Part shown: positions 39,523 to 48,800 of the stretch, piece by piece
Numbering within the stretch: the first letter of the stretch is position 1
How the letters are laid out: every line of letters begins with the position of its first letter
Source of the DNA: an uncultured bacterium
GTDB lineage: Bacteria; Hydrothermota; UBA3073; NMUJ01; CBEVQO01
Assembly (NCBI GenBank): GCA_965552055.1
Contig: CBEVQO010000001.1
Span: forward strand, 256,001 to 320,000
DNA length: 64,000 nucleotides
Direction: 5' to 3'
The notes under the pieces: generated by a model
Seen by the model: only the letters and a program-made list of their open reading frames with translations
Told to the model about the DNA's origin: nothing
Databases searched by the model: none
Made by a program: the position numbers and the translations under genes

Positions 39523-40359
39523 TCACTTAGGACATATAGCAAACGCCCTGCACGGAAAACCACTACCATCTTTGGGCTTCGGCCACGCAACCACGATTAT
39601 AGCACCAACAGGTGGTACCTTATCGAGATTCGTCATAACCTCAACCTGGAAATGATCATGATGGAGTAGCCAGGTTTCACCTTCCAGATTATGCGTTGTA
39701 TCTGTATCCATCGTTTCATGACCTATTGCAAGAATCTTTCTCTCGGTAAACAGCCATTTGACAGCCTCCGGGTCCCATGCAGGGAAAGGACTGCTCTTAA
39801 ACTTATCAAAATTACCTTCCTCCCAGTATTTTGACCAGTCAGTCCTCAAAGCAACAAATGCACCTTCTGGAATCTTACCATATTTCTTCTCCCATTCTTT
39901 AATGTCTTCCACACTGCACTGATGATAGGGCTCCTTCTTCAACTTCGGTGTAATATCTATCACACAAAGAGGAGCAATCATCCATTCAACCGGCATCTTA
40001 TCAAGTGTCATTCCACCTTTCTTAAAGTGACAGGGCGGATCAACATGCGTACCATATTGCCCTACATGAGTATAAATATGGGCGATGAAGCCATGCTTAT
40101 CGTAGGTGTAAACCTCTCCTTTCTTAGCATAACCAGGAATATCAACGGGCGCCCTCGCTCTTTCAAACTTTGCCTGTCCAAAGCCATACCACACAGGCGT
40201 ATTCTCAGCAAATGTGTGCGTCAGATCAACGAACTTCGCACCCTTTATATACTTGTAATAAACCTTCCACAGTCCAGGAGGTCCCCAGCCCCAGCTGCTG
40301 ACTCCTGCCAGCAAACCGACTCCAAATATTATTGCATATAGACACTTGCTCCTACGCAT
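39523..40359 (-). CDS. Exported cyclase-family (kynurenine formamidase-like) metal hydrolase
   Basis: DLTH, GQYGTHVDPPCHF, ALRTDWS, GHETMDTD, GSGFPCRA; signal peptide. Confidence 0.85.
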   Translation of the reverse strand: MRRSKCLYAIIFGVGLLAGVSSWGWGPPGLWKVYYKYIKGAKFVDLTHTFAENTPVWYGFGQAKFERARAPVDIPGYAKKGEVYTYDKHGFIAHIYTHVGQYGTHVDPPCHFKKGGMTLDKMPVEWMIAPLCVIDITPKLKKEPYHQCSVEDIKEWEKKYGKIPEGAFVALRTDWSKYWEEGNFDKFKSSPFPAWDPEAVKWLFTERKILAIGHETMDTDTTHNLEGETWLLHHDHFQVEVMTNLDKVPPVGAIIVVAWPKPKDGSGFPCRAFAICPK

Positions 40360-40456
40360 GACCCCTCCTTTTTGATGCTATCAATAGACAAATTATAAGA
40401 CCACCATAAAGAATCAATATACCTATCCCTAACATAATCCAGGCAGAAACAGGCAT
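40352..40456 (-). CDS. MetS-like small subunit of an NSS transporter
   Basis: MPVSAWIMLGIGILILYGGLIICLLIA directly after the NSS gene. Confidence 0.75.
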   Translation of the reverse strand: MPVSAWIMLGIGILILYGGLIICLLIASKRRGHA

Positions 40457-41913
40457 TAAGCCCTCCTTACTCTCATAAGCAGGAAAGAAGCTATTAAAAT
40501 CGCACAAACAACACCAAAACCAACCCATAAACATGAAGAAGGATAACCTCCATAACCATTTTTAATCGTATTTATAACCTGCAATATAAATAACACACCA
40601 AGGATCACAGGAGTTATTATCTTTATACAAATATCCCACCATACACCAATTTTTATCTCCGAAACTTCATTTATATATTTGCGCCACTCAGAAGGCTTCG
40701 AAACATAACCTATCACAATACACTCAATTAAACCAACAAGCGTTATCACAAAGAAACACACAAAATAATCAATTATATCAAGCCAGTAAAAACCTCCCTG
40801 ACGAGAAAATACTGCACTAGCTATAAGAAAAGCACTACCACACGCCAAAGCAAGAACTTTATTTTTATTGTAACCAAAACGATCCGAGAAACCAGCAGTA
40901 AAAGGCTCAACCTGAGAAACAGCCGATGTTAAACCCGCTATAAACAAAAGCAGGAAAAATAAAACACCGAAAACAGGCGCACCAAAAGGTAATTTGCTTA
41001 TAGCAGAAGGATAAGTAACAAAAGCCAAACCAAAACCCCCAGAAACAACATCCTTAACTTCACACCCTCTCAAAGTAGCAAGATATCCAAGAGTAGAAAA
41101 TACAGCAAAACCAGCAAAGAAACTAAATCCACAATTGCCAAGCGAAACTATAAAAGCATTATTGGTAATATCAGAACGCTCAGGCAAATAAGAAGAATAA
41201 ACTATCATAGAACCCATAGCAAGCGACAATGTGAAGAAAATCTGACCATAAGCTGCAAGCCATACCTTCGGATCCTTAAGAACACTGAATCTCGGGGTAA
41301 GATAAAATTTCAAACCCTCAATCGACCCCCTCAATGTAAGACCCCTTATCACCATTATCGTAATGAGTATCCACATCACAACCATTAAGTAAGTCACTAT
41401 CTGTCCGAGACGCTTTATCCCCTTAAACAAACTCAAATAAATAAGACCCCACGAAATTATCAACGCTATAAAAACCTGAGGCCTCAAACCACCAAGTATA
41501 AGAGGATGGGTCTTGCGTAAAAACGACCAGTTGAAAAAGTTCTCAGGGTCCGCACCCCATTGCAACTTTATCGAATAGAACAGATAATCAAGACACCATG
41601 CCATTATCACAGGATAATAGAAGAAAATTAACATCACTCCAAAATTGGCAAACCAGCCAAGCCACTCTGTTTTCGGATTCACTTTGTAATAAGCAAGAGG
41701 GGGACTACCCTGGGTCTTCCTTCCTACCGCAAACTCAAGTATCATCAGAGGAATACCTGCTGTTAAAAGCGCAATAAAATAGGGGATAAGAAAAGCACCG
41801 CCACCATTTGTATAGCACATATAAGGGAAACGCCAGATGTTACCGAGACCTACCGCACAACCAAGGGAAGCCATTATAAATGCCAACCTGCTTCCCCAGC
41901 GCTCCCTCATCAC
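40456..41913 (-). CDS. Sodium-dependent transporter, NSS/SNF family
   Basis: RERWGSR, AVGLGNIWRFPY, GGGAFLIPY, QIFFTLSL; TTGACA-N15-TATAAT at 41919-41945. Confidence 0.95.
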   Translation of the reverse strand: MMRERWGSRLAFIMASLGCAVGLGNIWRFPYMCYTNGGGAFLIPYFIALLTAGIPLMILEFAVGRKTQGSPPLAYYKVNPKTEWLGWFANFGVMLIFFYYPVIMAWCLDYLFYSIKLQWGADPENFFNWSFLRKTHPLILGGLRPQVFIALIISWGLIYLSLFKGIKRLGQIVTYLMVVMWILITIMVIRGLTLRGSIEGLKFYLTPRFSVLKDPKVWLAAYGQIFFTLSLAMGSMIVYSSYLPERSDITNNAFIVSLGNCGFSFFAGFAVFSTLGYLATLRGCEVKDVVSGGFGLAFVTYPSAISKLPFGAPVFGVLFFLLLFIAGLTSAVSQVEPFTAGFSDRFGYNKNKVLALACGSAFLIASAVFSRQGGFYWLDIIDYFVCFFVITLVGLIECIVIGYVSKPSEWRKYINEVSEIKIGVWWDICIKIITPVILGVLFILQVINTIKNGYGGYPSSCLWVGFGVVCAILIASFLLMRVRRA

Positions 41914-42013
41914 TACCTATTATAATCATTTTATGCCTTTGTCAAGAAAAAATTTCAAAATTTTTTGACTTGACAAATCAGTATTTTCTTAAAATTAAGA
42001 TAAAGGAGGGGGT

Positions 42014-42739
42014 ATGAGTAAAAAGGTTGCTTATGCAGTGGGGCTGTTATCGGCATTAACCATACTCGCCATAGTGCTACTGCTGAATACGGTAATAGGG
42101 GTAGTGCCAAACCTCGTGGGGATAGACAGGGAAACAGCTGAAAAAATCGCACTATCAAGGGGATTCAAAATCAGCGTCACAGGAGAAAAAAGGGACAGCG
42201 CTTACCCGGCAGGAGTAATATGCGAACAGATAACAAAACCTTATCTGCCAAAGTTAAGAGGCTCGGCAATAAATGTAATAGTAAGTGCAGGAATAAGGTT
42301 AACGATACCGGATGTAACAGGAAAACCATTTGATGAAGCAAAAGCACAGATTGAGAAAATTGGATTAAAAGTGGGCAAAGTAACAAAGGAATATTCATCC
42401 GAAATACCCGCAGGATATGTGATAGCTATTAGCCCATCTGCAGGAACCCAGGTGGAACCCGGTACCGAAATCGCATTTATAGTAAGTAAGGGTGAAAAAC
42501 CAAAAGCCAAACCTTCAAAACCAAAAGTAGTTTATGTAAGAGTACCGAATTTAAAAGACAAATCATTAATGCAGGCAAGAGAAATTCTTGAAAGCAGGGG
42601 ATTAAGACTCGGAAAAGTACAAAAAGTAACAAATCCCGATGAACTATTCGATGTTATAATAGACCAGAATCCAAAACCCGGAACAAAAGTGAAAAGAGGA
42701 ACAGCTGTAAATGTAATCTATAACACTGAATTAGAATAG
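42014..42739 (+). CDS. Membrane-anchored protein with three PASTA domains
   Basis: VPNLVG, IPDVTG, VPNLKD repeats after an N-terminal TM. Confidence 0.9.
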   Translation: MSKKVAYAVGLLSALTILAIVLLLNTVIGVVPNLVGIDRETAEKIALSRGFKISVTGEKRDSAYPAGVICEQITKPYLPKLRGSAINVIVSAGIRLTIPDVTGKPFDEAKAQIEKIGLKVGKVTKEYSSEIPAGYVIAISPSAGTQVEPGTEIAFIVSKGEKPKAKPSKPKVVYVRVPNLKDKSLMQAREILESRGLRLGKVQKVTNPDELFDVIIDQNPKPGTKVKRGTAVNVIYNTELE

Positions 42740-42740
42740 T

Positions 42741-43349
42741 ATGCTCTTAATTCCTCTTTTAATGGGAGGACTGATGGAGATAAAGTTACCTCCACCGAAA
42801 CTCGATGGTAAAATGAGCGTCGAAAAAGCAATTTACCTGCGAAGGTCAATAAGAAGTTATAAGAAAAGGGAATTAACATGGGAAGAAATAGGACAATTAC
42901 TATGGGCTGGTCAGGGCATAACAGATAAGAAAAGGAGCTTTAGAGCAGCACCTTCCGCTGGCGCAACTTATCCACTCGAACTCTACATCATAATAAAAGA
43001 TGGAATTTACCATTACATCCCAAATGAACATAAATTGGTAAAAATAAAAGACGGAAATTTTAAAAAAGATTTGTATGAAGCATGCCTCCATCAGGACTGG
43101 GTATTTGAAGCTCCCCTGAATATCATAATTACTGCTAATTTTGAGCGAACAACGAGATATTACGGCGAAAGAGGGATAAGGTATGTGTGGATTGAAGCAG
43201 GTCATGTGGCTGAAAATATTCATTTACAGGCGGTAGCACTTGGACTCGGCTCTGTACCCATTGGTGCTTTTTACGATAATAAAATAAAGGAAATTCTGGG
43301 AGTGAAAGAAGCGCCCCTATATGTAATACCTGTTGGTGAACCAAAATAA
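42741..43349 (+). CDS. SagB/ThcOx-family nitroreductase-like protein
   Basis: RRSIRSY, RAAPSAGATYPLE, EAGHVAENIHLQA. Confidence 0.9.
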   Translation: MLLIPLLMGGLMEIKLPPPKLDGKMSVEKAIYLRRSIRSYKKRELTWEEIGQLLWAGQGITDKKRSFRAAPSAGATYPLELYIIIKDGIYHYIPNEHKLVKIKDGNFKKDLYEACLHQDWVFEAPLNIIITANFERTTRYYGERGIRYVWIEAGHVAENIHLQAVALGLGSVPIGAFYDNKIKEILGVKEAPLYVIPVGEPK

Positions 43350-43350
43350 A

Positions 43351-43752
43351 ATGGGCTTTACCTACATAAATGTAAAGGTAAAAGGTGAAAAATCTTCAAA
43401 AAATATAAAAATGCTGGTAGATACAGGTTCTATGTATATAATACTTAGCAAAGAAACCATTCAAAAGCTCGGATTGTTCGAAACACCTTATACTGTGAAA
43501 TTAACTCTTGCAGACAAAAGACTAATCGAAGCAAAGTTATTTCTGGCGGAAGTAGAAGTAAAAGGCAGAAAAGGTCCAGCATTTGTTGCCTGTGTTGACA
43601 CACCTGTACCTCTTCTTGGTGTTTACGCCCTTGAAACTCTTGGTTTTAAAGTTAATGTCACAAAAGGCGAACTTGAAGAAATTTCTCCTGAAGGTGGATA
43701 TTTATTAATCGCAAGAAGGAGGGGGTATGAAGATAAAATTTGTGAAAGGTGA
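43351..43752 (+). CDS. Clan-AA aspartyl protease
   Basis: LVDTGS, PLLGVYALETLG. Confidence 0.8.
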   Translation: MGFTYINVKVKGEKSSKNIKMLVDTGSMYIILSKETIQKLGLFETPYTVKLTLADKRLIEAKLFLAEVEVKGRKGPAFVACVDTPVPLLGVYALETLGFKVNVTKGELEEISPEGGYLLIARRRGYEDKICER

Positions 43753-44239
43753 TATAACCGATATGGAAGTTGATGCCATTGTAAATGCAGCAAATAATGA
43801 ATTGTGGATGGGTGGAGGTGTTGCAGGCGCTATTAAGCGCAAAGGAGGGATTGAAATCGAAGAAGAAGCAGTAAAAAAGGGACCGATACCCGTAGGCGAG
43901 GCAATAGTTACAGGAGCAGGCAAATTAAAAGCAAAATATGTGATTCATGGAGCAGTTATGGGAAGGGACCTCCAGACAGACGCCGAAAAAATAAAGAATG
44001 CAACGATAAACTCACTCAAAAGGGCAGAAGAACTGGGACTAAAATCAATAGCATTCCCTGCATTCGGAACAGGAGTGGGAGGTTTCCCAATGGATATCTG
44101 TGCAAAAATTATGATTGATACTGTCAAAAACTTCAAAGCAAATTCACTTGAAGAAGTTTATTTTGTGCTTTATACAGATTCCGCATATTACACATTTAAA
44201 AATTATTACGAAAAAAATTACGGAAAAGTTGAAGAATAA
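43727..44239 (+). CDS. Macro-domain protein
   Basis: GDIT, AIVNAAN..MGGGVAGAI, SIAFPAFGTGVGG. Confidence 0.95.
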   Translation: MKIKFVKGDITDMEVDAIVNAANNELWMGGGVAGAIKRKGGIEIEEEAVKKGPIPVGEAIVTGAGKLKAKYVIHGAVMGRDLQTDAEKIKNATINSLKRAEELGLKSIAFPAFGTGVGGFPMDICAKIMIDTVKNFKANSLEEVYFVLYTDSAYYTFKNYYEKNYGKVEE

Positions 44240-44480
44240 TTTTTTAAGCAAAAACATCTGCTGGTGGCTTTCTGATAAATCTTTAAAAGAATTTGAAGAA
44301 AAAATAGAAAAAGGCGATAAACTCGCAAGAAAACAATGGATCGAATGGACATTATCTTACGGCAAACTTGAAGACATCTTAAAACTAAATTTTGACGAAG
44401 TCAGAAAAATTTTTAAAGAATTAAATTTACCAGATAAAAAGATAGAATTTTTAAAATGGTTCTTCAGGGTAAAGGAATAA
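44115..44480 (+). CDS. Small AbiEii partner-like protein (start uncertain)
   Basis: CWW..WIEWTLSYGKLEDI resembles 30575-30835; precedes an AbiEii remnant. Confidence 0.5.
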   Translation: MILSKTSKQIHLKKFILCFIQIPHITHLKIITKKITEKLKNNFLSKNICWWLSDKSLKEFEEKIEKGDKLARKQWIEWTLSYGKLEDILKLNFDEVRKIFKELNLPDKKIEFLKWFFRVKE

Positions 44481-44931
44481 TCACACAAGAGCAAAAAGAA
44501 ATATTGAAAAAATTTGCAAAAATAGAAGGAGCAGTAGATTTTGTATTGACAGGAGGCACAGCGCTATCAGAATTTTATCTCGCACGGGATATGGTGTAAA
44601 AGTGAGCACTTTTTTGGACATAGCTTCACGAAAATTGATGGCATTACAGGAAAGAGCATCAGAAAGAGATTTTTTTGACCTTTACTTTATCCTTCAAAAA
44701 ATAGATTTTAAAGAACTTTTAAAAATAACGGAAAAAAATTTCAAATACTTTGACAAATTTAGATTGCTCGAAAAAATGTTTAGAATAAAAAAATTACCCG
44801 ACGATATAAAAGACTGGAGAATAGAAATTGTGAAAGAAACATCAGCCATACAAATAAAAGACAAATTTTATGAATTAATGGAAAAATTGAGAGAAGAAAT
44901 AGAAGATGAAAACAAAAGATTTCGATTATAG
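44456..44931 (+). pseudogene. AbiEii toxin with internal deletion and frameshift
   Basis: 5' part MVLQ..FVLTGGTALSEFYLA then stop; 3' part DIASRKLMALQERASERDFFDLY; the HR-S-DLDF segment is missing. Confidence 0.75.
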
Positions 44932-45907
44932 TTTGCCAGAAGAATTAATCGCACAACATCCGGCAGAAAGGGGGAAATCACGGCTTTTAGTTTTGTATAA
45001 AGATACAGGAAAAATAGAACATACGATTTTTGAAAGAATAACAGATTTCTTAAATGAAAAGCATATTCTTGTGCTGAATGAAACAAAAGTTATAAAAGCA
45101 AGATTTTTTGGCAAAAGAAAAACCGGGGGCAAAGTAGAAATATTTTTATTACATAAATTAAATAATAAAAGATGGAGAGCACTAGCAAGACCTTCAAAGA
45201 AATTGAAAGAAGGAGAAAGAATAAAAATAGCAGATGGATTTGAAATCGAAATAAAAGGCGAAGAAGAAGGCAAAAAAATAGTGGAATTTTTAACAGAATT
45301 GGATGAGAAAGAAGCAATTGAGAGATATGGGAAAGTGCCTTTGCCACCCTATATAAGAAGGGAAGCAGAAAAAGATGATGAAGAGCGTTATCAAACTGTT
45401 TATGCAAAAGAAGAAGGCTCTGTAGCAGCACCAACAGCAGGATTGCACTTCACACAGGAAATTTTAAAAAAATTGGAAGAAAAAGGAGTAAAAATTTTAA
45501 AAATCACACTGCATATTGGATTGGGAACTTTTAAACCCATAAAAACAGAAAATGTGGAAAATCACAAAATGGAAGAAGAATTTTATAAAATTAAAAAAGA
45601 AGTTTGGGATGAAATCATGAAATCCAGAGATAAAAAAATAATAGCGGTAGGGACATCAACAGTCAGGGCGCTGGAGAGCTGTATCAGAACAGGCAAATTA
45701 GAATCTTGGACGGATTTATTCATTTATCCTGGATTTGAATTCAGGATAATAGATGGCATGGTGACGAATTTTCATCTTCCGTGTTCAACGCCACTTCTCC
45801 TTGTATGTGCACTCGCAGGAAAGGACAAAATAATGAGAGCATACAAAGAAGCAATCAAAAGAAAATACAGATTTTATTCCTACGGAGACGCAATGCTGAT
45901 ATTATGA
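44906..45907 (+). CDS. queA: S-adenosylmethionine:tRNA ribosyltransferase-isomerase
   Basis: DFDYSLPEELIAQHP, PLPPYI, YQTVYA, AAPTAGLHFT, TNFHLP, RFYSYGDAM. Confidence 0.98.
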   Translation: MKTKDFDYSLPEELIAQHPAERGKSRLLVLYKDTGKIEHTIFERITDFLNEKHILVLNETKVIKARFFGKRKTGGKVEIFLLHKLNNKRWRALARPSKKLKEGERIKIADGFEIEIKGEEEGKKIVEFLTELDEKEAIERYGKVPLPPYIRREAEKDDEERYQTVYAKEEGSVAAPTAGLHFTQEILKKLEEKGVKILKITLHIGLGTFKPIKTENVENHKMEEEFYKIKKEVWDEIMKSRDKKIIAVGTSTVRALESCIRTGKLESWTDLFIYPGFEFRIIDGMVTNFHLPCSTPLLLVCALAGKDKIMRAYKEAIKRKYRFYSYGDAMLIL

Positions 45908-46904
45908 GAACCAGAATTTTAATATCAATTTTAAGTGTAATAATTGGAGTCGGTATATTAATAAGTTGTAAGCAGAAGAAAGAGGGCTGTGAATGTGGTG
46001 CACCGCTTGAGGCACTCGCTGATAGTGGTAAAACTCTGCCAAAAGTCCCGCTTTCACCATGCCCTGAAGAATTCAAAAGATATGAAGAAGCTCTAACTGC
46101 AATTGATAAATTATTACAGAATCCTGCTATTCAAACAGGACTCGAATACTTCCAGAATAAAGGTTACACTTTGTTGAAGACGGACTACAGTGGCTTAATA
46201 AAAAGAGATATAGAAGGTCAATGTGTAACAGTAACGATGGCAACTTATGAGAATGAGATTTCAGCGTGGGTGAGGAAGATATAAAAATAGAAGATAGTTT
46301 GACTGTCTCTGGAGGAACTTACACTTATAAGGATGTGAAGGTTACAGACGGTGCAATAGTAACCTTAAGTGATTCTGTAACATTGCTATGCGATAAATTT
46401 GAGGTAACTGGTAACTCTCGCGTTTCAATAAATGGCAAACTGGTCGTTTATTGCAATGAAATGAAAGTATCGGGAGATGCTGAGATAAATGTGACAGGAG
46501 AATCTCGTAATCTGATATTTTTTGTAAAAGATAAAGCCGAGATAGAGGGGAGTGCTAATCTTATCTGCATTTTGTATTCTCCCGAAGGAGAAATAGAAAT
46601 TAAGGGAACATCAAATGTAACGGGTCAAATCGTAGCAAAAGAAGTGGAGATAAAAGGAAATGCGGAGATAGAGCAAAGGATTTACACGGACTTTTCCTAT
46701 ATTTTGACATTCGGTCCAGGTGGCGTGTGGATACTACCTGTAGGGCCAGAGAGCGAAACTCAGCTTAGCTTTTGGGATTTTCTCAAGTGCTTAGGAGTAG
46801 TGATAGGGGCATGCAAGGCTATTTGTAAAAATGACGCAACTTGTGGTTATATTTGCACTGCTGGTGGAGCAGCGTTATGTATATGGCAGTATTTTCTTAA
46901 ATAA
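45904..46904 (+). CDS. Lipoprotein with beta-helix-like repeats and Cys-rich C-terminal peptide, split by an apparent 1-nt deletion at 46268-46270
   Basis: Lipobox LISC; one extra G joins ..EISAW to GEEDIKI.. (333 aa); tail FWDFLKCLGVVIGACKAICKNDATCGYICTAGGAALCIWQYFLK. Confidence 0.65.
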
Positions 46905-46933
46905 TTAATAGCTGCTGAACAAAAGGAGGGGAT

Positions 46934-47455
46934 ATGTTTTTGACATGCTGGTTTTTGCTTCCTTTTGTGTGGGACTATCTGTTCATAACGGATTTCGGGT
47001 GTAATTTTAAGAAAATGGAAGGTGAGAGATGTTCCTTACCAGTAGTGGCATTTTGGTTTACGAAAGAAAGTAAAGGTATTTTACCTGATGGAGCAAAAAT
47101 CGATATACCTCTCAGGAGAATTAAAATTGCATTTGAGAACGAAGATTACGAGGTGGATTTCTATTCCGAATGTTTATTTTATAAATTTTCCTTTAAGAGA
47201 TTTCTCTTTTTCCCTACTCTCGAATTTAATTATTTTATTTTTAATGGTGATAAAAATTCAGATTCATTTCTGGTTTCCACTGCTAATTTAGCATTTTTTA
47301 TCTGTTATATTTATCGTATTAAAAATACTGGCATATCTGCTTCTGTGGGCATTTCTTATCCAATCGGGCAAAAATATTTGTTAGGTAACAGAACAAAGAA
47401 TATCTCTGGATTAAAATCTCCAATTATAAGAATTGGGTTGGGTGCAAGAAGGTGA
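46934..47455 (+). CDS. Hypothetical beta-rich exported or outer-membrane protein
   Basis: AGGAGG SD, short hydrophobic N-terminus, alternating strands, C-terminal IRIGLG. Confidence 0.55.
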   Translation: MFLTCWFLLPFVWDYLFITDFGCNFKKMEGERCSLPVVAFWFTKESKGILPDGAKIDIPLRRIKIAFENEDYEVDFYSECLFYKFSFKRFLFFPTLEFNYFIFNGDKNSDSFLVSTANLAFFICYIYRIKNTGISASVGISYPIGQKYLLGNRTKNISGLKSPIIRIGLGARR

Positions 47456-48060
47456 CAATGTGGGTGTATCTTTCCTTTTTTCTATTACCTTTCATTTATT
47501 TCAATAAGCAGTTTACTGCTTATGAATTTCTCCTCGCGTATCCATACAGAATTGATGTGGGTGGAAATCAATCTAACCTCGAATTTCTTGAAATTAGATG
47601 TTTAAAGCAAGGTAAAGTGCTGATTTCAGGACTAACTGGCAGTATTGGGCATGGAGAATGCACTTTTACAAAAAATTATGATATAGATTATGAAAGTGCT
47701 GGCATTTTAACTGGTTATCTCTATAAGAAAGGAAAAGCATCACTGGAACTTGCTTTGGCAACTGAATTGTGCCAATTAATGCTGAGCACGGAGCCTCCTT
47801 TTGAAAGTATAGAATGGGACAGTGCATTTACGGGATTTAATTTTAAAGCCACAAAATTATTAAAAGACTTCATGATAACTTCTATTTCGGTAAGTGGATA
47901 CTATCAATTAACTTCTAATCTATCTTTATCAATATCTGTGGGATTTACTCATAAATTGTTTTCCTGGACTTGGCAATTCGAAGGAGTTAAAATAAGAAAT
48001 GCTCCGGATGTAAGTCTGCCTCGCTTATATTGGGCAATCGGATTGAGATACTTGCAATAA
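47452..48060 (+). CDS. Hypothetical outer-membrane beta-barrel-like protein
   Basis: Alternating strands, C-terminal LYWAIGLRY. Confidence 0.55.
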   Translation: MTMWVYLSFFLLPFIYFNKQFTAYEFLLAYPYRIDVGGNQSNLEFLEIRCLKQGKVLISGLTGSIGHGECTFTKNYDIDYESAGILTGYLYKKGKASLELALATELCQLMLSTEPPFESIEWDSAFTGFNFKATKLLKDFMITSISVSGYYQLTSNLSLSISVGFTHKLFSWTWQFEGVKIRNAPDVSLPRLYWAIGLRYLQ

Positions 48061-48186
48061 GCAGTGATATATGGAACTTGCCAAGGAATGAAAAAAGAAT
48101 TTTTAGTTGCAATTTTCTCAAAGACAGATGACAATGTGGGTGTATCTTTCTCTTTTCCTGCTATTTCAAAAAGGAGGAGTGAGAAA

Positions 48187-48267
48187 ATGAAATACCTGTG
48201 GGCTGTCATTTTAATAATATTTTTCTATCTTGCATTGAATTTTGTGCAAAAGATTAAATTTGCATGA
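48187..48267 (+). CDS. 26-aa hydrophobic peptide
   Basis: AGGAGG SD; MKYLWAVILIIFFYLALNFVQKIKFA. Confidence 0.35.
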   Translation: MKYLWAVILIIFFYLALNFVQKIKFA

Positions 48268-48621
48268 TTGATGATTAAAAAATTATATGTTGCACTTGTA
48301 ACTTTTTTCGTGCTTTTGCATAATATTTTTATGTTACTTAAACATGTATATTTACCTTCGAACAGATTGCGTTTACTTATTATCATCTGTTGTATTTTTA
48401 TTTTGTTTTTAATTATTAAAAATCGAAAACAATGGAGAATATTCGCTCTGTGCCTTTATATCTTTCTATTGGGAAAAATTATTCCGCTAATTCTTAATAT
48501 GGATTTCAAAAAGATGTCTAAAAATGAGTTTTTTATATTTATTTACTCAGCGCTATTACTTTTGGCATTTGTTTATTCTTTATCTATTTTTGCTTCTATT
48601 TTATCTGTGCGGGAAAAATGA
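48268..48621 (+). CDS. Small four-TM membrane protein
   Basis: Four hydrophobic segments, very AT-rich. Confidence 0.55.
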   Translation: MMIKKLYVALVTFFVLLHNIFMLLKHVYLPSNRLRLLIIICCIFILFLIIKNRKQWRIFALCLYIFLLGKIIPLILNMDFKKMSKNEFFIFIYSALLLLAFVYSLSIFASILSVREK

Positions 48622-48800
48622 AAACTTATATTATATTTCTCACAACTTTCACAATTGCAGATTCCTTGCTTTATTTATTGTTAAAATATACAAATTTAAT
48701 CTGGATGCAAATTTTCATAATGCTTTTTTGTATCAATTTTCTGTGCGATAAAAAGAATAACTTGACAAATTCATAATTTTTATTAAAATTTATCCTGGAG

